A stretch of 64,000 bases of DNA from Antedon mediterranea. Lineage: Eukaryota; Animalia; Echinodermata. The first letter of the stretch is position 1. Each line of letters begins with the position of its first letter. The DNA is taken from contig NC_092670.1 in assembly GCF_964355755.1 (NCBI RefSeq), forward strand, positions 15,052,795 to 15,116,794. Direction: 5' to 3'. Below the pieces are notes generated by a model that was not told where the DNA came from, searched no databases, and was given only the letters and a program-made list of their open reading frames with translations. Made by a program: the position numbers and the translations under genes. This document shows, piece after piece, positions 53,701 through 62,700 of this stretch.

Positions 53701-56700
53701 TGATACCTTTTCAGCTTCTATCCAAAACACCACATTTTGCTTTAAAAATCACACCTACTTATATGGGTTTAAACAAGTAGATAGAGTGGAGAAAGTGGGC
53801 GGTCTTAGCATGGAATCAGAGTTGAGTGTCGGCCATTTAAAATGGACAAAGACAAAGTTTCAATAGGTGGCAGAAATGAGAATGATCCTAAAACAACTTT
53901 AAAATATAAAATGTTAAACCAAGGATTCTTATAGAAGGTTTTACCTGACTCCAAACAACCATACACTACAGGGCGTACTCTTGATGTTACGGGTGGATCC
54001 ACCATCAGTCTCAATTGTAAAATTGGCTGACTCAATCCAGGAAAAGCAATATCCGAATTTGGTTCAACAGAAATCTTGAAAAAGAATCAATTGGCTATTA
54101 TAATGAATAGAAAATGAAATCAAGTGATCTTTCATGTCAGCCTTCATCTGTGCCATGCTCCAAGATCTACAGGTCTCTGCTGCAGTCTCTTTGCTTTTTT
54201 AAAAGTACATTACAGTTTTTCAAGAAAATAAATATATTTTTTTGAAATATTTCATTCACTGACTATCTGTATATATGAATATGATGCATTGTAAAATAAA
54301 ATGAATCAATAAAAATTAGAATTCTTTTTATGGAATGCAGACTGAGGGCCATTCTCTGTGGTGATGGGTGCTGGTACATAATAAATTAATACTATTAAAT
54401 AAAAATTAAATTCTTTTTATAGAATGCAGAGGGCCATCGTATGTGGTGATGGGTGCTGGTACATAATATATACATACCACAAAATAAAAATTTGAATTAA
54501 TAGAATACGGAATATTATAAATAAATGATAAGATAAAAAAAAATGCATACTGGATCGACAACTGACAATGAAGGATTGTCGTTAAAATCCTCATTTGCAT
54601 ACTGCACAGACACCATCAAATTCATGGTGAATTGTAAATCATTGATTCTGATGGCTGTTAGTGTCACAGGCGATGGGAATCTGACGGTCAATGACCTGCT
54701 AGATTCTGTTACCAACCACAGTCCATCAGTGATTAGTGCATCTCCAAACATTAGCACATCAGTCAACTCGGTCAACTCTTCAAAACATTCACCTAAAGGA
54801 AAAGATAAATAACATTTTTATAAATGTCTAAAAAATTTGCAATTACTTTGACTAGAAAATTGTCAGTTATTTATCTAAAATAAAGACCTATAAATTTGCA
54901 GAAAATGATCATTTTCGCCATACGAACAATGACAATAAAATATGCCCTCAGTTGGCGAATGCATAAATTACGAAAGTTTTTGAAATAACATTTTAATATA
55001 GTTCCATTTTTCAGTAATTTATTTTATATATTATAATATATTACTTATCAACAATCGCCAGGCAACTGAAAATTACTCTACTGCAGTAACTACATTTAGT
55101 TTATCCTTTAACCTGTTTATAAAAGTATTTAGCAAGCCAGTTTTTAGTTATAAATTACATTATGATAATATAGCAGTAACAGACTCAAAAACTTCTTCAT
55201 TGAACAAAATAAAATTAAATAATGTTGTAAACAAACGTTCTTACTGCATTAACTGCAGTAGAATAATTTAAAACAAAATCGGTTAATGTTTTGACTACTC
55301 TACCTGGTGTTGTGGTTATTGTTGTCATGGTTTCAATGGTGGACACAATAGCAGTTGTGCTTTCTTCAGTTGAATGTATAATTTGAGTAGTTTCTTGAGT
55401 GGTTGGTTCAGTTGGTGTCACAGGTACTGTGGTCACTTCAGATATAACAGTAGTTGAAACTGTAGTTGTAACTGGAGTTGGTGGACCATATGATGTAGCT
55501 GTCAATTTTTGAATAATAAAAATTCAGAAGCTATTTATTAATACAGCTTTTCATACTGTTCATTTCATTAACTTTTAAAAAGTAGTTAAATATATACAGA
55601 TATAAATAATGTTCTCAAACAAAAAGGTGTAGAGATATGAAAGGCACAACCTGTTCAGGCCTGTTTAATTTGTGCCATTATCAAGTTTTTATTCCAAGAT
55701 CAAAATAACACATACAAATACAATAAGTATGATAATGGAATGGGATACAAAATAAGCACATGTGCTTTAAACATTTAACTCAAACGTGTTAACAGAGTTT
55801 AAATGTGTTACTTACTTTCTTCAAAACATCCTAGGAAAGTGAGATCAAGCAGGACGTTTGAGCTGGCTACACATTCCAAAGCAGTAATCTTCAACTCAGA
55901 AATGTAGTCATCTTGGTCATCTGGTATTTCGATATATTCAGTAGTTAAACGATCCCCAGTAACAAGCTCATTCTGCAAAAAAAATTCTTTTGAGTAATGA
56001 TATATTTCTAGCAGCAATTTGCTGAACTGGTATAAATGTAAAGGACCAAAAGCCATACAAAAAACATGGGATCCATAACGTTCCTTTGACCTGGAAGTTT
56101 GTAGTAGTTTACCTACAGCTAGGCATACACACATAATGGATAAAATAATGGAAAATACAACATACAGTACTAAAATATGTATGAAAGTAGAAACTTTTTC
56201 ATTGAAATCCACCAATTACATGACAAAGATGATGTGTTTAAAACAGTTTACACTTACCTCAGTCATTGTAACAAAACCAGTCATTCCATGTATTTTCTTT
56301 TCAAGTTTTAAATTGACTTGGCTTATAGTATCTCCTTCAGGACTTTGCCAAATACCAATGGCCGTCAATTTAGTTGGTCGATTGAAATATACTACAATGT
56401 AGTCACTGACTATATTTGTCGTATCAACTGTCCAAGTGGTTCCAATTACATTGGTTTTGTGCACTATTGTAACTTGAAGTCCTTCATCCATTCCAAGATC
56501 CTTGCGACACACAACTGAAAAAAAAAAAACAAAAACAAAACTCAGCAACAATAATAAATCTGTGTGTAAGTAACGCTACCTCTTGTCTCAAATTATGAAC
56601 TGGGTCCTTTAAAGTACACAGGAGTTATAACTGTGTACACTGGACCTACAGCTTATAGTCCTTATTTGAGAAGACTTTTTATACCACCAGAACTAGGAGC

Positions 56701-59700
56701 GAGTTGGCCTCAAACCCATGCCAATATTGTTGGCTTCTGCCTTAACTGCCCGGCCATATGACATTAACCCTAAAGGAAGCTCATGACCAATTGCAGAAGT
56801 TGCTATGAGAACGAGCTTGGGATGACAAACCAGTACTGAATAAACAATGTTAGTTTAATCACAGGTAGGTCCTCACAAAATAAACAACATACATACTTTG
56901 TTCTGTGGTAGTCTCAACACTGGTAGTTCGAACAGTTGTGGTTGCTTCAGTTGTAGCTATTGTTGTAACTACAGATTCTGTTGTTGACATTGTTGTAGAT
57001 GTTGGTGTGGTTGTTGAACTCGCTGTTGAGGTGGTGGTTGTAGTAGACATTCCTTCTACTCAAAAAAATAATAATAATAATAATAAAAATAATAATAATA
57101 ACTAGAAAGACACTCCGAGAGTGCATACCTCCGCCTACTGTAAAATTCTCCTACATAAGATTTCTCCGGTAAAAAATGCTGTTTCTGATTTAGGCTAATT
57201 TAAATACAAGCATGTGTATGCGAGTTTGGTGTAATGGTTATGTAACAAGCCTTTCAACAACAATAACTTCAGTTGACTAACAATAGAACAGCAACGCGAA
57301 AATCAAACGAATGAATTTGAAAAGAAATAGGTTTTGTTACACTATACTCGCATCAAAAAACGTGCACATTAAATAAAATTATGTTTTAAAATTACAAATC
57401 AAAAATTATAACTCTTGCTTCTTGTACAAAAATTAAGTTTTTTGGACAAGCAGTTTTCGACAAAATGTAATTTTACTTGTTACTTTAAGACTGCTCGCCG
57501 GCTTTTGAAAAATGTTGTCCTATCTTTTAACACTAGCAGGTCTGAAAAGTATACTAAAAAGTGGTCCAGAATTGCGACCGTGGTCCAAAATGGTCCCAAA
57601 ATTTAATGGAATGGTCCTTGACCACATATTTATCTGTACATTCATTTTGGTAAAGACCTTGTAAGTACTTTTTGAGTAATCCTGCTAACAAACAAACAAA
57701 CAAACAAACAAACAAACAGACCAACACACGCGATCGATTACATATACCTCTTTGGCGGAGGTAAATAATAATAATACAATTAAACAAGACTACTTATTAG
57801 TATAGATCATCCTAATGGAAATAAGCTAACAAGCTTTTTGTGCTATCCTGAAAAATCTTTTATAAATGTATTATTTGTAATGTCAGTAATTTATGTTATC
57901 ACTTTGTATGTATTTTTTTATGATGATTTTTCTAGTAAATTCAAATCAAATCAAATTACCTAGTATTAAGAAGTGCTGAGTATAAATTGACTTAATATAT
58001 AACAACCTACCGCTTTCTGTTGTAGTAACTTCTGTTGTAGTAAATTCTTCAGTACTGAAAGGTGTTGTTGTTACCTCTGTTGTGGTTGTTGATACATGAG
58101 GTGGAGGTGTAGCAGTTGTTGATGGAGGACCAGTAGTTGTTGATGGAGGACCAGTAGTTGTTGATGGAGGTCCAGCAGTTGTTGATGGAGGTCCAGCAGT
58201 TGTTGATGGAGGTCCAGCAGTTGTAGATGGAGGACCACCAGTTGTAGATGGAGGACCACCAGTTGTAGATGGAGGACCACCAGTTGTAGATGGAGGTCCA
58301 CCAGTTGTAGATGGAGGTCCACCAGTTGTAGATGGAGGTCCGGCAGTTGTAGATGGAGGTCCAGCAGTTGTAGATGGAGGTCCGGCAGTTGTAGATGGAG
58401 GTCCGGCAGTTGTAGATGGAGGTCCGGCAGTTGTAGATGGAGGTCCGGCAGTTGTAGATGGAGGTCCGGCAGTTGTAGATGGAGGTCCGGCAGTTGTTGA
58501 TGGAGGACCGGCAGTTGTTGATGGAGGACCGGCAGTTGTTGATGGAGGTCCGGCAGTTGTTGATGGAGGTCCGGCAGTTGTTGATGGAGGTCCGGCAGTT
58601 GTTGATGGAGGTCCGGCAGTTGTTGATGGAGGTCCAGCAGTTGTTGATGGAGGTCCAGCAGTTGTTGATGGAGGTCCAGCAGTTGTTGATGGAGGTCCAG
58701 CAGTTGTTGATGGAGGTCCAGCAGTTGTTGATGGAGGTCCAGCAGTTGTTGATGGAGGTCCAGCAGTTGTTGATGGAGGTCCAGCAGTTGTTGAAGGAGG
58801 TCCAGCAGTTGTTGAAGGAGGTTCAGTAGTTGTTGATGGAGGTCCAGCAGTTGTTGATGGAGGTCCAGTAGTTGTTGAAGGAGGTCCAGCAGTTGTTGAA
58901 GGAGGTTCAGCAGTTGTTGAAGGAGGTTCAGTAGTTGTTGATGGAGGTCCAGCAGTTGTAGATGGAGGTTCAGCAGTTGTTGATGGAGATCCAGCAGTTG
59001 TTGATGGAGGTTCAGCAGTTGTAGATGGGGCGGGTGTTAAAGTTGTTGATGAAATATGTATTGTTGTACGCAATGTTGTTGAAGCAATTTCTGGAAACAA
59101 GTAAACAGAATTTTCTATCAACACCCAAACATTTTATATAGTTTTTATCATCCTATTTTCTATTAAAATTAAAACAGTCTGATCTATAAGAATAAGAACA
59201 AAACTTACTGTTTAAAATGTCGGAAGAATGTAAGATCAAGAATGAAGGGTAAGAGAAAATAAAAAAGAAAAAAAAAACACAACTGTATTAGAACATTTAT
59301 CATTAAAAGAGTCCAAAATCCAGATTCATTTAGTAGTTTATTAACCAGACATTATTTAACCAGATCAGCAATTCTATAGTCAGGAATTTTACAGGGGGTT
59401 GTTTTTGCACATCATGAGCTAGGCTACCTTAGCATTTAATTTAGTCAGTTTATCTTACTTTCACTGCTGATTTGAAGTTTGAAAAGGGAACCTCAGAATA
59501 AAAAGCATTTGTTTGAACTTTTGAACCACACCCTACTCTCCCCTGGCTAAAAAGAGAAAATAAAACACTGTAGTAAAATCAGAACACAAACCTTCAATAC
59601 AACCTAATGGTTCTACCAAAATTGGAGGTGGAAAGCTAGTTGGTCCATAATTTCCAGTTACAGTGAATTTAATTATCTTCACATTCATAAGTGGTGACAC

Positions 59701-62700
59701 CAGACTAGTATGTACTTGTGTAGTTAGCACTTCTGGTGCCTCTATTTCGAACACCTAATAAAAAAAATGTATATAAATTTATTGAAAATACCAACAAAAA
59801 AAATCTTCTAAAAAAACGTTTTTACGTCTTACCTTTGCTCAATTCAATGAAATATTTTTATGATTTGAAAGATTGTTTTAAATGAAGAATATTTCTTTAT
59901 GATAAAAATGTAACAGGGTTTTCAAACTGTATGATTTAGTGGTTAACTTATTTATTTATTCATTCATTCAATTTATTTGTTACATGATTAAAAATTCATT
60001 TACTCTTTTGTAAAGCCTAGTGTAGATTGTTAAACTAGTTTGCACCACAAATTACATTCCTCTGAAATAAAACATTATAAAAAGGTTTTTAGCATCATAC
60101 CTTCTCGCCATCACCATTGTTGGAAGGAATTTCAATATATTCCTCATCCGTCAAAGTATGTTTGTACCTTATACTAAAGGCTCCGATACCGCCAATTGAA
60201 CTAACACCTTTGGTCAAGAATCCAGTGACACGCACTGGCTCATCATAAAAGATGGTAACCGAAGCTTCTGTTGCACCGTCTGGAGTCCAGTATCCTTCAG
60301 TGTCAAATTTTGTTAATTCTCCTTGATTGTCTGGAGATTGTCTAGTGGATGGAGCTACAACTTCAAGAATTCTGGAACATGGTTCTGTAAAAGCGAAAGT
60401 AAAACATTTTTAAATAATCTAAATTTTTTTTTCAGTATTGCTGTACTTTTTGATTTATGAAAAGAATGAACATACCAATTGTTGTTGAATTTGAGGTTGT
60501 CTGTCTTGAGAAGGGTGTTTCAGTTACCTCTGTAGTAGTTGTCGTAAACAATGTTGGAGACGAAGTGGTTTCTTGGCTCACAGTTGTTGTTGTGGCTTAA
60601 ATTAAAAAAAAAATATACATATTATTTATTTTTGTATGAATAAAATTTAAATAAACCTCCCAGCTGTTCTGAAGTGCACTGCAGGAATATACAGACAAGT
60701 ACATAGGATAGAAAATGTTCAAGAAATTTTCCACCAAGACAAGATGCATCAGGTTAATTCTCTACCTGGTTCCTGCCCTCAGTATAGAAATCACATTTTA
60801 TCCTTCAACCTTTCATTCATTTAGGCTATTTACGGTTGTAATAATTATAGTCGATACGTTGTATTAATGTTGTTGTACACCTTTAATGCTCCGTGTGGAG
60901 ACAGAATCTTATATAAGTGAGCCCTAATATCAGGTATTTATGTTATATGTTATTTTATTTATTAGTTAGTTATGATTTAATTACGTTTGATAAGACATAT
61001 CATGATTGTACACCCATGTTAAAAGCGATTTATGTATGTTAGGCCGTATAGTACATGGTAGTGACATGCTTCATTACACTTTGTCATTTTTTTTTTATTT
61101 GTTAGTATTTTTATGTAGATGGGTAGAATTAAAGTGAGCAAGTATAGATCAAGATACTTAATGAGAATTTATTCTTCTGTTGTTTTTCTGCATTTTTAAC
61201 TGTGAGGGTTTGTTGACCACACTTACCAACTTGAGCGCATCCAACAATGCTGATCCCTATATCTGCTGATTCGGAAATTCGGTCCACCACATTAAATGTT
61301 ACTTCAGCTGTAATAATGCTTGAAAATTCTTCACCACTAAGAGCAATTTCTTTTATCCCATCAGCAAATGAAAAAGAATACACCTTTAACAAAAACAAAA
61401 AAAATTTGTTCACAAACAAGGCTTCTCCTGGTCCCAATGTATTGCATGGACAAATCATTTTCTAAATGCCATATTAACCATTTACAGATAGCTCTATAAC
61501 ATAATTTATGAGGCGTTTTTAGACAAAATCAAAAGGTTTGTGTGCTGCCAATAATGTTTAGTTCAAAGTTTTAATGCAAGATCTGGTTATCTTTATGACA
61601 ATTTGACAAATTTCTAAAGGAAAAAAACATTATTAATCACTATTGATAGTGATTGACAGTGACACATCATTTTTAAAATTTCTTACTGCAGTAAAGTATT
61701 ATTATTAATTGATAGTGGTGACAAATCATAATAATAATAATAATAAGCTTTATTTAATCACGGATACTTAACTCAACTAAAAGTTGTTTTTCAGTAAGAC
61801 CGTGCTCAAAGGAAAACACCAACAAAAATAAATGTAAAAAGCAGATATCAAATCAAATAATAAAACAATTACAGAAGCAAAAAACAAAAGCAGATAATAA
61901 AACAATTACAATGAAATAAAACAAGGATACACTTACTAACTATAAAATTAAATAATACACTACATTTAAATAAAGCTACATGAAATTAGCAGTTAACAGT
62001 TTCTTAAAAAGAGAGACATCTTCATGTAGCTCATTCCAAACCTTGGCACCTCTATATGATAAGCTACGTTTTTTGTAGTTTGTGTTTGGTTTTGGTACTA
62101 TTAAATTTGGCTTAGTTCCAATATTATAGTAATTGTTTTTGATATTGAACTTATTTGATAAATATGGAGGTGCAAGGTTGTTCATAATCTTAAACATAAC
62201 AATAGCTTCATTTATATATAATCTTTTATCTAAGTTCATCCAATTTACACTTTGTAGAGCTTGAGTACTTGAGTCGGTTTGAGATTTGTTTGTAATAACT
62301 TTTGCTGCGCGATTTTGAAGAACTTGTAGTGTTTTACTTTGAGTTATATTTGAACGTTCCCAAACAACATGGCAATACTCAAGATGAGGAGCCATAAGTG
62401 ATTTGTATAGTTTGCATTGAATTTCTTTTGGTTAGTCTTTTTTAAGTAGTACAAGCTCTGCAAAACCTTAGATTTTACATTATCGATTTGTGAGCACCAA
62501 GAAAGATTATTATCTAATATCACACCAAGGTGTGATATGTCTTACATATTCAAACTTTATGAGACCAAAAAGTGTGATGTACCCAAATATGGTAGCGATA
62601 TGCTTAAATATGGTAGTGATATGACATTATCATGCCCATATATGGGCACATCACATTTTTTGTTACCTTTGCTGTTACACCATCTGGTTCAACGACTGGT

